Below, piece by piece: positions 38,383 through 48,387 of a stretch of 64,000 nt of DNA; within the stretch, counting starts at the first letter, position 1; each line of letters begins with the position of its first letter. The DNA is taken from contig CAVYNY010000001.1 of NCBI GenBank assembly GCA_963769935.1, positions 32,001 through 96,000 on the forward strand, in the 5' to 3' direction. The position numbers and the translations under genes are program-made. The notes under the pieces are model-generated. The model saw only the letters and a program-made list of their open reading frames with translations, did no database searches and was not told where the DNA came from. The DNA is from an uncultured delta proteobacterium (GTDB taxonomy: Bacteria > Desulfobacterota > Desulfobacteria > Desulfobacterales > JAFDCJ01).

Positions 38383-39657
38383 CTACCCGGCCGGGATGGG
38401 GAATTCTGTACAGAGTTGTTCGACTTTTTGTTTAATGTTTTTTTGCAATTCCCAGTTATTTGGTTCTTGGATAATGGAAGCTACCCAATTGCCGATCTTG
38501 ACCATTTCTTTCATTTTCATTCCACGGGTGCTAACGGCAGGCGTGCCAATTCTGATCCCGGATGGTTTAAAGGGTGAACTCGGATCATAGGGGATCGGGT
38601 TGGCGTTGGTGACGATACCTGCATTTTCTAATGCGACGGCCGCGGGTTTTCCCAAGCCGATACCGAAAGGCAGCAAATTGATCAATATCATATGATTGTC
38701 GGTCCCACCGGTGACAAGCTTGATTCCCCTGCTCGTTAGCTCACCAGCCAGGGCTATTGCATTTTCCGTAATATTTTTAGTATAGGTTTTGAATTCTTCC
38801 GAAAGTGCTTCCTTCAATGCAACGGCCTTGGCGGCCGTCACATGATTATGCGGGCCGCCCTGGCTGCCCGGGAAAACTGCCCGGTCAATTTGCTTTGCAT
38901 ATTTTTTCCTGCAAAGAATAATTGCACCGCGCGGGCCGCGAAGTGTTTTGTGGGTTGTCGTCATGGCCACATCGCAAAACGGAAATGGACTTGGGTGAAC
39001 GCCGCCGGCAATCAAACCGGCGACATGACTGATGTCCGCAAAATGTAGTGCTCCGATCTCTTCGGCAATTTTCTGAAAGGCTCCAAAATCGATTTCACGT
39101 GGATACGCTGTTAGCCCGGATACGATCATTTTGGGTCTGTGCGTAAGCGCTAACCGGCGGACGTCATCCATATCGATTCTTTCGGAATTTTTATTTACGC
39201 CATAATTGACGGCTTTGTAGGTTTTACCCGAAAAATTGACAGGATTACCATGGGTTAGATGGCCGCCGCAGGAAAGGTCGAAGCCGATAAACGTATCACC
39301 CGGATCCAAAAATGCCATATAAACCGCCGCGTTGGCTGGGCTCCCGGAATATGGCTGCACATTGGCATGCTCGGCGCCAAAAAGCTTTTTAGCACGCTCG
39401 ATGGCAATGATCTCTATGGCATCAACGATGGCATTGCCCTGGTAGTATCGCTGCCGCGGGTAGCCTTCACTGTATTTATTCGTCAGGGCAGATGCCGTTG
39501 CCTCCAGAACGGAAGGACTTGCAAAGTTTTCACTGGCAATGAGGTTGATGGTCAATTGCTGTCGCAATTTCTCCTTCTCGAGCAACGAGTTGATTTCCGG
39601 ATCAGTTTTTTCTAATTCCATTTTCTCCAACTCCAACGAATTCTTCACTAAAGTCAT
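38383..39657 (-). CDS. glyA: Serine hydroxymethyltransferase
   Basis: LIASEN, NKYSEGYP, NVQPYSGSPAN, GGHLTHG, TTTHKTLRGPRG, GGTDNH, SGIRIGTP. Confidence 0.97.
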   Translation of the reverse strand: MTLVKNSLELEKMELEKTDPEINSLLEKEKLRQQLTINLIASENFASPSVLEATASALTNKYSEGYPRQRYYQGNAIVDAIEIIAIERAKKLFGAEHANVQPYSGSPANAAVYMAFLDPGDTFIGFDLSCGGHLTHGNPVNFSGKTYKAVNYGVNKNSERIDMDDVRRLALTHRPKMIVSGLTAYPREIDFGAFQKIAEEIGALHFADISHVAGLIAGGVHPSPFPFCDVAMTTTHKTLRGPRGAIILCRKKYAKQIDRAVFPGSQGGPHNHVTAAKAVALKEALSEEFKTYTKNITENAIALAGELTSRGIKLVTGGTDNHMILINLLPFGIGLGKPAAVALENAGIVTNANPIPYDPSSPFKPSGIRIGTPAVSTRGMKMKEMVKIGNWVASIIQEPNNWELQKNIKQKVEQLCTEFPIPAG

Positions 39658-39687
39658 TGTACAATAGATGAGAATTCGGAGGCCATT

Positions 39688-40938
39688 CTAGTGTTTAAAA
39701 CTCCGTTGACCCGTATATACCATCGTCGCCCCGGCTTCGTTGCAGGCCTCGATGGACTGATAGTCATTGCCGGAGCCGCCGGGCTGAATCACGGCCGTAA
39801 TCCCTTCGCGCAGGCCGACGTCCACCCCGTCCCGAAACGGGAAAAACGCATCGCTGACCATGGCCGCGCCGATCAATCCGCCTTTTTCCCGCGCCACCCG
39901 CGCATCGAGCTCCGCCTTTTGCCCGGCGTCTTTTAAATCATTGTAAGGGATGCCCAGACTTTCGAAGCAATAGCGATCGGCCAGTTTACGGTAGGCCTTG
40001 TCCCTGGCAATCTGGGCGACACCGACCCGATCCTGCTCGCCGGTCCCAATGCCGACCGTAACCAGATCCTTGACATAGATAACCGAATTGGAGGTAACGC
40101 CGGATTCCACCAGCCAGCCGAACAGCAGATCCTCGTATTCCTTATCCGTCGGCGCGCGGTTGATTTTATACTGTTGGCCCTTGTATTCGGATTCCGCCGG
40201 TTTGAGCTCGGCTTTGCTGCGGCTGACCGGCACAAAAGACCACTGGGTGATGATACCCCCGTCGATCAGACTTTTAAATTCCACGCAGCGCTGACCGACA
40301 AATGACTGCAGCCGCTCGATGTTTGCGATCTTAATTACCCGCAGATTCTTCTTGGCGGCAAAAACGTCCATCACTCCCGCTTCGTAATCCGGTGCGACCA
40401 CAACTTCGGCATATTGCCCGGTGATGGCCTCCGCGGCGGCCTTGTCCACCGGGCGGTTCAGGGCAATACATCCGCCGAAGGCGGCGACCCGATCGGCCAT
40501 ATTGGCTTTGAGGTAGGCGTCGACCAGGGAATCGGCCAGGGCCACCCCGCACGGATTGTTGTGTTTGACAATGACCGCTGCGGGCTTGTCGGTAAAGTAC
40601 CGCAGGATGTTCAGCGCATTGTCGGCATCGGTTAAGTTGGTTTTGCCGGGATGTTTGCCGGATTGCAGCAATTCGATGTCGGATGCCAGATACCGGCCCG
40701 GTTGAATGGTGTGGGTTTCGCCCAATACCAGGTTGCCGTTGGCCAGCCGGTAAAGGGCGGCCTCCTGTCCCGGATTCTCGCCGTAGCGCAGACCTTTTTG
40801 CACATTGTCGATGGTCCAGGTAACTTTCTCGTAAAAAAGGGTTTGCCGCTGATTTTTATCGACAAAGCTGATCTCCATTCGGGGAGGAAAATGATCATCC
40901 ATGATCGTACGATACATTTTTTTGAGATCTTCGGCCAT
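39688..40938 (-). CDS. purH: AICAR transformylase domain of PurH encoded as a separate gene
   Basis: LRYGENP, VIVKHNNPCGVA, AFGG, GIGTGEQDRV, SDAFFPFRDG, IQPGGS, RSFKH; no IMP cyclohydrolase domain. Confidence 0.85.
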   Translation of the reverse strand: MAEDLKKMYRTIMDDHFPPRMEISFVDKNQRQTLFYEKVTWTIDNVQKGLRYGENPGQEAALYRLANGNLVLGETHTIQPGRYLASDIELLQSGKHPGKTNLTDADNALNILRYFTDKPAAVIVKHNNPCGVALADSLVDAYLKANMADRVAAFGGCIALNRPVDKAAAEAITGQYAEVVVAPDYEAGVMDVFAAKKNLRVIKIANIERLQSFVGQRCVEFKSLIDGGIITQWSFVPVSRSKAELKPAESEYKGQQYKINRAPTDKEYEDLLFGWLVESGVTSNSVIYVKDLVTVGIGTGEQDRVGVAQIARDKAYRKLADRYCFESLGIPYNDLKDAGQKAELDARVAREKGGLIGAAMVSDAFFPFRDGVDVGLREGITAVIQPGGSGNDYQSIEACNEAGATMVYTGQRSFKH

Positions 40939-40959
40939 GCGGATTCTCCTTTGCGCGGG

Positions 40960-41238
40960 ATATTGGAATTTCGGTAATTGGGATATGTTTGGTATTTGAT
41001 TATTCGATATTGGACCTATTTAAATGGGTGTCAGGTGTCAGCGGCGGCGCTGGCAGCCGCAGTTCCCAGTTTAAAAGGAAGTCATTCTGTCTATTTTATA
41101 AAAAAAGCTGAGCGACACGCGGCACACACCCCGCGCAGGTGCCGGCGTTGCGCGAGCGAATCCACCCTTTGAAATTCTGCGGTGTCTTTTAACTATGAGC
41201 TATCAGCTATCAGCTTTTTTATCTGACACCTGAAACCT
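40960..41238. repeat. Composite intergenic repeats between the two purH halves
   Basis: Heptamer arm attggaatttcggtaattgggatatgtttggtatttgattattcgatattgg; ggtgtcaggtgtcag..ctgacacctgaaacc inverted pair; 41179-41238 is 55/60 identical to 12577-12636. Confidence 0.7.
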
Positions 41239-41298
41239 CTAAATAAAGCAACTCGCCCGCATCGACAAAAAGTTGCCGACACGGCACTTAAAAGCGCC

Positions 41299-41970
41299 CT
41301 AGTAGCAACCTGAAACCTCGGCAAACGACCGGGCGCCCAAAAATTCGGCAATGGTACGATCGTAAACGGCGGTGTGCTCGAAAGCCTTTTGCGCCAGGCG
41401 GAAGCGCAGATTTAAAGACAGCGCTCCATTATGGGCTTTCAGTTCGCTGATGATCATGCCGTAATCGCCGGGATCCACTACGGGGGCCACCCGGATAAAA
41501 TTTTTAGCCGCTGCCCGGATCATGCACGGACCGCCGATATCGATATTGCCCCGGGCCTTTTCAACCGTGACATCGGGTTTGGCGATCGTTTCTTTGAATG
41601 GGTAGAGGTTCACGACGACCATGTCGATGGGCACGCTGCCGGTTCGCCTCAGATCATTCTGATGCGCTTCATTGTAAGTTTCGGTGAGTAGCCCGAGATA
41701 GATCTTAAAATCCAGCGTTTTTACCAGACCCCCCTGAGTTTCCGGCTGACCCGTGTAATCGGAAACCTGGCTGAGATGCGAGCCGCTCGAGTCGCCCAGA
41801 ATCTCCTGGAGCCTGGCGTATGTACCGCCGGTGGAAAATATTTTTAAATCCGGATTAACGGCCATAAGCTCCGGTACAAAGGTATCCAAGCCGCTTTTGT
41901 CGGATACGCTCATCAGCACGTGGCGAACGGGTACCAGGTGATCGATTTTCTCAACAATGTTAATAGCCAT
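41299..41970 (-). CDS. IMP cyclohydrolase (MGS-like) domain of PurH encoded as a separate gene
   Basis: LMSVSDKSGL, STGGT, DYTGQPE..GGLVKTL, IDMVVVNLYPF, NIDIGGPCMIRAAAKN, AFEHTAVYD. Confidence 0.85.
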   Translation of the reverse strand: MAINIVEKIDHLVPVRHVLMSVSDKSGLDTFVPELMAVNPDLKIFSTGGTYARLQEILGDSSGSHLSQVSDYTGQPETQGGLVKTLDFKIYLGLLTETYNEAHQNDLRRTGSVPIDMVVVNLYPFKETIAKPDVTVEKARGNIDIGGPCMIRAAAKNFIRVAPVVDPGDYGMIISELKAHNGALSLNLRFRLAQKAFEHTAVYDRTIAEFLGARSFAEVSGCY

Positions 41971-41975
41971 AATTT

Positions 41976-42608
41976 TCACCTCGTTCCTTCGTATTCTTCT
42001 AAAAATCGGTTAAAAAATTCCACCATAATTCGGTGGCGATCGACGGCTAATTTTTGACCTTCACGCGTCAGAATGCGATCCTTTATTTTACCGAGCTTGA
42101 CTTTAAATTCCCGATAGCCGGTGTCGTCGATTGAATAGGGTTCGGTCGCTTCAATATTCGTGTCACCGCTATGGAGCCGGGCTCCCACCTCTCCGGCAAA
42201 GAGAAAGGCACGCGCCACACCCACCGCCCCAATAGCATCGAGCTTGTCGGCATCGAACAATACCCTGGCTTCCGGAGTTCTGGGCCTGTGATGGCCCCGA
42301 TAGCGATGAGACCGAATGCAGTGCAGGACATTTGCTTTTTGGTCCGCCGTCAGGGCCAACTGCTCCAGGATGGCGCCTGCGAGGTGAGCGCCTTTTTCGG
42401 CGTGGCACACTGCTCCGTGGGATTCATCCTGGAAACTGCGGCCGATATCATGCAGGTAGGCCGCCACCAGCAGCACGTCCATATCCACCCCTTCGACACT
42501 GCCGATGCGTTCACACAATCGGCAGACCCTGAGGGTGTGCTCCCAGTTGTGACTGCCTCGGGCGCCCTGAAAGTATTTGCGGGCCATTTGTTCGACTGCG
42601 ATCAGCAT
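41976..42608 (-). CDS. HD-domain metal-dependent phosphohydrolase
   Basis: SHNWEHTLRV, AYLHDIGR, HAEKGA, DADKLDAIGAVGVARAF. Confidence 0.9.
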   Translation of the reverse strand: MLIAVEQMARKYFQGARGSHNWEHTLRVCRLCERIGSVEGVDMDVLLVAAYLHDIGRSFQDESHGAVCHAEKGAHLAGAILEQLALTADQKANVLHCIRSHRYRGHHRPRTPEARVLFDADKLDAIGAVGVARAFLFAGEVGARLHSGDTNIEATEPYSIDDTGYREFKVKLGKIKDRILTREGQKLAVDRHRIMVEFFNRFLEEYEGTR

Positions 42609-43075
42609 GGTGAAAAGTTATAAAAGTTTTTCCAAAACCGGTGTCCAGGTACATACACTATTTCAATTCAGGCATGCAATAGACAATGTCATGATTGCTC
42701 AGCGGAAGGCCGCGCTTTGGTTACATCCCGCAGGGGCTGGGGAATTCAATCGCATGGGGATAAGAATGATGTAGGATTTCGTACAATCCAGGCCGATGCG
42801 AATCGCAGTCTTGTATAAATGCCTGCAATTCTTCACTTTGGAAATGCCGGCCCGCCATCGGCCCTTTGCCGGCCGGCGGTTGCCGGCAAATTCGCATGGC
42901 TCGGTCTTAACCCCTAAGCCAATGATTTCATAGCCACAATAATCAGTGATTGTCTTTTTTCAGACGGAGTGATAAAATTTTAACATGAGTATATTTCCAG
43001 GCGGATGGCGGATGAAAAGCTGGGACGCCTCAACTTTAAAAAAAACAGCCGGGTAATTAGGCTCGGTTAAATATC

Positions 43076-43990
43076 GTGACGCAACAAAATTATATCCGAG
43101 TTCGCAACTCACAGATCAATTATTATAAAAAGGTCGCCCTGTTCTACCAGACCGGCACCGACGTGTTCGGATTGTACAAACCGGCGGGCACCAAGCTTTC
43201 TGAAATGCGCCTCACCCAGGAAAGACATCCTCCCTTATACATCCAGGAGAAAGACCGCATCATCGCGATTAAAGAAATTCAAAAAAATTCAACAAACACA
43301 TTGCGGACAGCATTAAAACCGGCAATGCTTTCAAGGTTAAAGCAACCCTTTGCGACCTGGTTGAAGAAACCCTGGCAGAACCCCGCAGCGGAACGCTGCA
43401 GGCCTTGCCCCAAACGGTTGACTCCCTGATCGCAGGGTATTCAAAACATCCTGAGATCATAAAAACCTTTGCTTCCATTTCCTTTAAGGACTACACAACG
43501 GTTATACATTCCATAAATGTCATGGCCTAACCCTCGGATTTTGCTTTCACTCCAATTTTCCAACTCAAAAAACCAGAAAACTGGGCTTGAGTGCGCTGCT
43601 GCATGATGTCGGAAAAACCGAGATCCCATCGAAATTTTAAAGGCGCCCCGCAAACTGAGTGACGAGGAGTTCAAGCTGATGAAAACCCATCCGACCATCG
43701 GCCATGAAATCATCCGACTAAAAAATAAAATCGGCGGCGAGGTTGCCCTGGGAGCGTTGGAACATCATGAAAAACTGGACGGCAGCGGCTATCCCAAAGG
43801 AACCCGCAACATATCCTATGTCGGTCAGTTGCTGGGTATTATCGACTGTTATGAAGCTCTGACCAATGAGGACCGACCCTACCGCAGAGCCCGACAGCCC
43901 TTGGAAACATTGAAATTTCTCAAAGATGATGTGGAAGGTTCCAAATTCAACCGGGAAATTTTTGAAAAATTCTGCTACAGTTTAATTTAA
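43076..43990 (+). pseudogene. HD-GYP c-di-GMP phosphodiesterase interrupted by three apparent single-base deletions (pseudogene or sequencing error)
   Basis: Joining frames gives ..KEIQK/FNKHIADS..KDYTTVIHSINVMA/LTLGF..LLHDVGKTEIP/EILKAPRKLSDEEFKLMKTHP..HHEKLDGSGYP..DRPYR; shifts near 43285, 43526 and 43630. Confidence 0.8.
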
Positions 43991-43992
43991 CT

Positions 43993-45058
43993 ATGGTGCT
44001 GCGGGTAAAACGGAATCTGGTATATATCGCTTTCGTGCTTCTTGCGCTGGTTTTATGCGGCTGCGAAACCATGCAATACTACGGCCAGGCAATCCACGGC
44101 CAGTGCAGTATTCCTTTAAAGCGCAGAGCCGATATCGGAAATTATCGCGGATCCCAAATCGCCGGCATTCCTGCGGGAAAGGCTGGCGTTTATTCTGGCG
44201 GTGCGGCAATTTGCCGACAGCGAACTTCACCTTCCCGTAAAAGACAACTACCTCACCTATGTGGACCTGGAGCGGCCTTATGTCGTCTGGAACGTGTTTG
44301 CTGCACCGGAGTTCTCCCTGACGCCGAAAACATGGTGTTACCCTGTGGTGGGATGTGCTTCGTACCGCGGCTATTTCTCGGAACACAATGCACACCAATA
44401 CGCCGCCGGATTGACCGACAGGGGCTATGACGTATATGTGGGCGGCGTGACGGCTTATTCAACGCTGGGCTGGTTTGATGATCCGGTGTTAAGCACCTTC
44501 ATTCAGTATTCCAAGGCCCAATCGGCCGGGCTGATCTTTCACGAACTGGCCCACCAGATTCTTTATGTAAAAGATGATACCGTGTTTAATGAAAGTTTTG
44601 CTACGGCCGTAGAGCAGGAAGGGCTGCGAAGGTGGCAGAAGGCAGCGTCCGACCCGCAAATTTATCGGGAGTATTTAGCCGGGTACCAGCGCCAGGAACA
44701 ATTTGTGCATTTGATCGTACAATACCGTCAGCTGCTCGAAATCCTTTACCGGACCGACGCATCACCATCGGTTAAAAGAGATAAGAAAGCATCCATTTTC
44801 TCGCAGCTTCGCAACGAGTTTGATCGGATGCAGACAAACGAAAAGGGCTTATCCGTCTATGCCGATTGGATCCAGCAAGATTTAAACAATGCTAAAATCG
44901 GCAGCGTGGCTGCCTACCATGATTTAGTGCCGGCATTTCAAAAAATGCTGGCGCAAGACGACGGGGATCTCAAACATTTTTATCAGGCCTGCCGTGAGTT
45001 GGGGCAAAAAAAGAAAGAGGAAAGAGATCGCATTTTAAACGCCTATTTACCTGAGTAA
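43993..45058 (+). pseudogene. Putative zinc aminopeptidase lipoprotein (DUF2265-like) with one frameshift
   Basis: Lipobox VLCG-C ETMQYYGQA in frame 1; continues EPISEIIADP..RQFA..WCYPVVGCASYRGYF..IFHELAHQ..FNESFA in frame 2; extra base near 44124. Confidence 0.78.
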
Positions 45059-45077
45059 CCGTCCCGGGTATTCAACC

Positions 45078-45106
45078 TTGACAGGGAAGTGCGATTTTTT
45101 TAATAT
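45078..45106 (+). promoter_or_regulatory. Putative sigma70 promoter of exeAB
   Basis: TTGACA-17 nt-TAATAT. Confidence 0.5.
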
Positions 45107-45190
45107 TTTATTGCGAGGCATCAATCCGCTATTCAAAGGCACCAGGATTTCGTTGGAGGCGGAGCCCGCGGTTTTTGAGGTTCAATTTCC

Positions 45191-47029
45191 ATGTATGAAA
45201 ACTTTTTCGGGTTCAAAGAGAAACCCTTTAAACTGGTCCCAAATCCGGATTATCTTTTCCTGAGCAAAAGCCATGAGGAAGCTCTGGCCCACCTGAACTA
45301 CGCGCTTTCCCAGGGTGATGGTTTTGTGGAGATTACCGGAGAAGTAGGAACAGGCAAAACCACGCTTTGCCGTGCTTTTCTTGAAAATCTGGATGACAGC
45401 ACCATCGCGGCTTACATTTTCAACCCCACCCTGGGCCCTAAACAGCTTATTAGAACCATCTGTGATGAACTGGCAATTCAAAGCAAACCCGAGAATACCA
45501 AAGATTTAATTGACAGTCTGAATAATTTTCTCATGCGCCAGAAGACGCAGCGCAACAAGGTAATTCTGCTCATCGACGAGGCTCAAAATCTGAGCAAAAA
45601 TGTGCTGGAGCAGCTGAGGTTGCTGTCGAATCTGGAAACCAACAAAGAAAAACTGCTGCAGATTATTCTGGTCGGGCAGCCGGAGCTCGGCGATATCCTG
45701 GATTCCCATGAGCTCAGACAGCTCGGGCAGCGAATTACTCTGCGGTACCGGCTAAGCCCCCTAACCTCCAGGGAAACGGCTGACTATATTCAATATCGCA
45801 TTAACAAAGCCTCCCAGAAATCGGGAATTAAATTCGATCGACCTGCATTTCGACGGATATATCGATACTCGCGGGGAATTCCACGCGTCATTAACATAGC
45901 CTGCGATCGGGTGTTGCTGACGGCTTTCGGCCTCAGCAAACAAAAAATTACCGGAAGCATCGCGCGGGATGCCATCCGGGAATTAAAAAGCCGGGGGGCC
46001 GCCAGGCGGTACGAACTTGTCGACTGGAAAAAAATCCTCAGCATCGGCGCGGCAGCGGGGGTCGTGTTGGCCGCTGCTGTTTTCCACCAGCCGCTGATTC
46101 AGGGAATCAGCTCTTTACTGCAACCTGCCGCATACCGGAATTCCGAGGCATCAATTGTCAAAGTTCCCGAACCTGCCCCTGGCGAAGATTTCCGTGCAAG
46201 CGTGTCCGCTAACCGGGATACAACCTTGAATATAAACCCCGCTCCTGCCGAATCCATGGATACCGGTCTGAGCGCTGCCCAGGAAAACGAGTCGGATAAT
46301 TCCGCGCCGGCAGCTGCAGTCGATCCCGCCGCCCGGCCGGAAACACGGGATGAAGAATCGGTTTCCACTCCGCCTGAAGCCATGAAATTGGCGGACTTTC
46401 TGACGGCCATGGACATTCGATCTTCCCGTTTCAATGCCCTTAGGTATGCCATGGAATTATGGCAGACACCTATTGAAGATCAGCCCTATCTGAACAGTCT
46501 GGATGACGATCAGTCATTTTTCCGGCTGACGACCAAGTCCAAGGGAGTCTCCATCCAGCGGCTTGAAACAAACCTTGATATGCTGAAACGTTTGAATCTG
46601 CCTGCGATTCTGGAGCTTTTCCCAACGGGCAGCGAAGAGCCCGGCTACCTGACCCTCAGCCAAATTAAAGACGATTTGTATATCTTCGGCAGCCCCGACG
46701 GCTCTGCGCCTGTCGTATCCGGTCCCGCTGAGATCAATTTGTACTGGTCCGGAATCGCTTATGTGCCTTGGAAAAACTATCTTTCCATCTGGGGCATCAT
46801 ACCGCGGAATAGTACCAAGGATTCCATCATTACCCTGAAACTTCTTTTGCACGAACTGGGCTATGGCGGCGTGGCCTTAAATGATGAATACGACCAACCG
46901 ACCCGCTTGGCAATCGAAGAAATCCAGGCTAAATACGGCGTGCCCGTCGATGGTTTCGTGGGCCCCCTGACAAAAATGATACTGTATCAGGAGAAAAAAG
47001 CTTTTGAGATGCCGCATCTGATCCGCTAA
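45191..47029 (+). CDS. exeA: ExeA/GspA-type AAA ATPase with TM segment and C-terminal peptidoglycan-binding domain
   Basis: MYENFFGFKEKPF, TGEVGTGKTT, LIDEAQNL, LVGQPEL, GIPRVIN; C-terminal IQAKYGVPVDGFVGPLT. Confidence 0.88.
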   Translation: MYENFFGFKEKPFKLVPNPDYLFLSKSHEEALAHLNYALSQGDGFVEITGEVGTGKTTLCRAFLENLDDSTIAAYIFNPTLGPKQLIRTICDELAIQSKPENTKDLIDSLNNFLMRQKTQRNKVILLIDEAQNLSKNVLEQLRLLSNLETNKEKLLQIILVGQPELGDILDSHELRQLGQRITLRYRLSPLTSRETADYIQYRINKASQKSGIKFDRPAFRRIYRYSRGIPRVINIACDRVLLTAFGLSKQKITGSIARDAIRELKSRGAARRYELVDWKKILSIGAAAGVVLAAAVFHQPLIQGISSLLQPAAYRNSEASIVKVPEPAPGEDFRASVSANRDTTLNINPAPAESMDTGLSAAQENESDNSAPAAAVDPAARPETRDEESVSTPPEAMKLADFLTAMDIRSSRFNALRYAMELWQTPIEDQPYLNSLDDDQSFFRLTTKSKGVSIQRLETNLDMLKRLNLPAILELFPTGSEEPGYLTLSQIKDDLYIFGSPDGSAPVVSGPAEINLYWSGIAYVPWKNYLSIWGIIPRNSTKDSIITLKLLLHELGYGGVALNDEYDQPTRLAIEEIQAKYGVPVDGFVGPLTKMILYQEKKAFEMPHLIR

Positions 47030-47083
47030 CCATTCGGGCCAAGGGCGACCATCCGCATGTTCTTAGCCTTTTAAAATTAAGTT

Positions 47084-47197
47084 AGCCACGAATTGAAACG
47101 AATAACCAACGAATAACCACGAATTATGGCAATCGGCGAAAGCAGGGTCATTTAACGCAAAATTTAATTTCGATAAAATTCGTGTTAATTCGTGGCT
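47084..47197. repeat. Inverted ACGAAT nonamer-arm element between exeA and exeB
   Basis: agccacgaattgaaacgaataaccaacgaataaccacgaatt ... aattcgtgttaattcgtggct; a related half element lies at 19965-19997. Confidence 0.75.
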
Positions 47198-47254
47198 TCT
47201 CTCAAAAAGCTAAATTGTTACGACCATCCGAAATCGCCTCAAAGGATTACAAAA

Positions 47255-48130
47255 TTGAGCTCCATCCTAAAAGCCCTGAAAAAAATAGAGGAGGAATCAC
47301 CGCCTCCGGAAGCATTTCCATCACTGCCGCAACCCATTGATTCAAGAAAGGTCATCAATTCAAAAACCATAAAAAGACGCCGCCTTCGCAGAACTTTAAC
47401 TGTTTTAATCCTCCTGGCGGTGTTGGTGGCTGCGGCCGGCATTTTATTCAGCCAGCGCCGCCTGATTATCGCAAAAATATTGCCGACCGCCGCCCCGACC
47501 AATAGAAGCGCCGGGACGGCCGAAACTCCCCCGGCGAATAAGATTTATAAAGCTAAAATCACTGCCGCCCCTGGAAAATCCGCCCAAATGCGGCCGGCAG
47601 AAAGCCGACAACCGAAAAACCAAACGAAATCGTCAAAAACCCGCAGCCTTGCGAATAAATCTCAGGCCGCTCAATCATCTTTTCCGACGGGCACCGCTGC
47701 CGGTCAACGTGAGTCAAAATCGTCACCTCTCAGACCGTTGTCCCCTCCCGGACCGGAGGAAAAGACGCAGTTTGATGCGAAAGCCGAAAAACCGCTGAAG
47801 AAGACGCCTGCTTTAATGCGCGCCCAGCCGGCTGAAAAATCGGTCACCCGCCAGCCCAATCTCCCGATTGAGCCTGCCGCGGCAGTGCCTATCAAACCGG
47901 CCCGCCCACCGGCCAAGGTCGCCTATGATCGAATCGCAGATTCCAAATTGAAGCTTCAGGCGCTGGCGTGGTCTGCTGAGGATGCCCGTCGGATGGCCGT
48001 GATCAACGGTCGAATTGTGCGGGAAGGAGAATCGGTGGATGGCTACCAGGTAATGCAGATCCGCGAGGAAGATGTGGTGGTTAACGACGGCGGAAAATCA
48101 TGGCGCTTGGAGTTCGGGATGCAGCGCTGA
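47255..48130 (+). CDS. exeB: ExeB/GspB-type protein
   Basis: TTG start giving MSSILKALKK; one TM segment; Pro-rich linker; C-terminal LKLQALAWS..RMAVING..REGE; directly downstream of exeA. Confidence 0.8.
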   Translation: MSSILKALKKIEEESPPPEAFPSLPQPIDSRKVINSKTIKRRRLRRTLTVLILLAVLVAAAGILFSQRRLIIAKILPTAAPTNRSAGTAETPPANKIYKAKITAAPGKSAQMRPAESRQPKNQTKSSKTRSLANKSQAAQSSFPTGTAAGQRESKSSPLRPLSPPGPEEKTQFDAKAEKPLKKTPALMRAQPAEKSVTRQPNLPIEPAAAVPIKPARPPAKVAYDRIADSKLKLQALAWSAEDARRMAVINGRIVREGESVDGYQVMQIREEDVVVNDGGKSWRLEFGMQR

Positions 48131-48222
48131 ACACATCGGAATTCATAAAAAAATTTTCCTGAATCACATTATATTTCAGAAAGTTATAAACCACTGCCGA
48201 CTGGTTTAACGCGTGAACGACA

Positions 48223-48251
48223 TTGACACTGGAGCCGTTTTTTTCTATAAT
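48223..48251 (+). promoter_or_regulatory. Perfect-consensus sigma70 promoter
   Basis: TTGACA (48223-48228), 17 nt, TATAAT (48246-48251). Confidence 0.8.
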
Positions 48252-48311
48252 TTTATTAAAACATCACGGCCTTTGATATTTAGGGTAAACGGATTAAAAA
48301 ATAAAAAATCG

Positions 48312-48351
48312 AACCGGGTCGTCTTGGAATCGGGTGGTCCGGTTTTTTTTT
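48312..48351 (+). terminator. Intrinsic terminator in the leader of the Ser/Thr kinase gene
   Basis: AACCGGGTCGTCTTG-GAAT-CGGGTGGTCCGGTT, a G:U-rich stem ending in a run of nine T. Confidence 0.65.
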
Positions 48352-48387
48352 GCCCAACTCAAGCTCGGACACTATTAAGACTCTAAT

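Noticed and set aside
40939..41298. ZTP or THF riboswitch upstream of purH/glyA
   Set aside because: No recognisable consensus; the region is made of dispersed repeats. An Rfam scan would be needed to exclude it formally.
48281..48345. c-di-GMP-I (GEMM) riboswitch suggested by GGGTAAAC
   Set aside because: The GAAA-loop stem, GACGCAAAGC junction and second stem are missing; kept only as an unnamed attenuator candidate.
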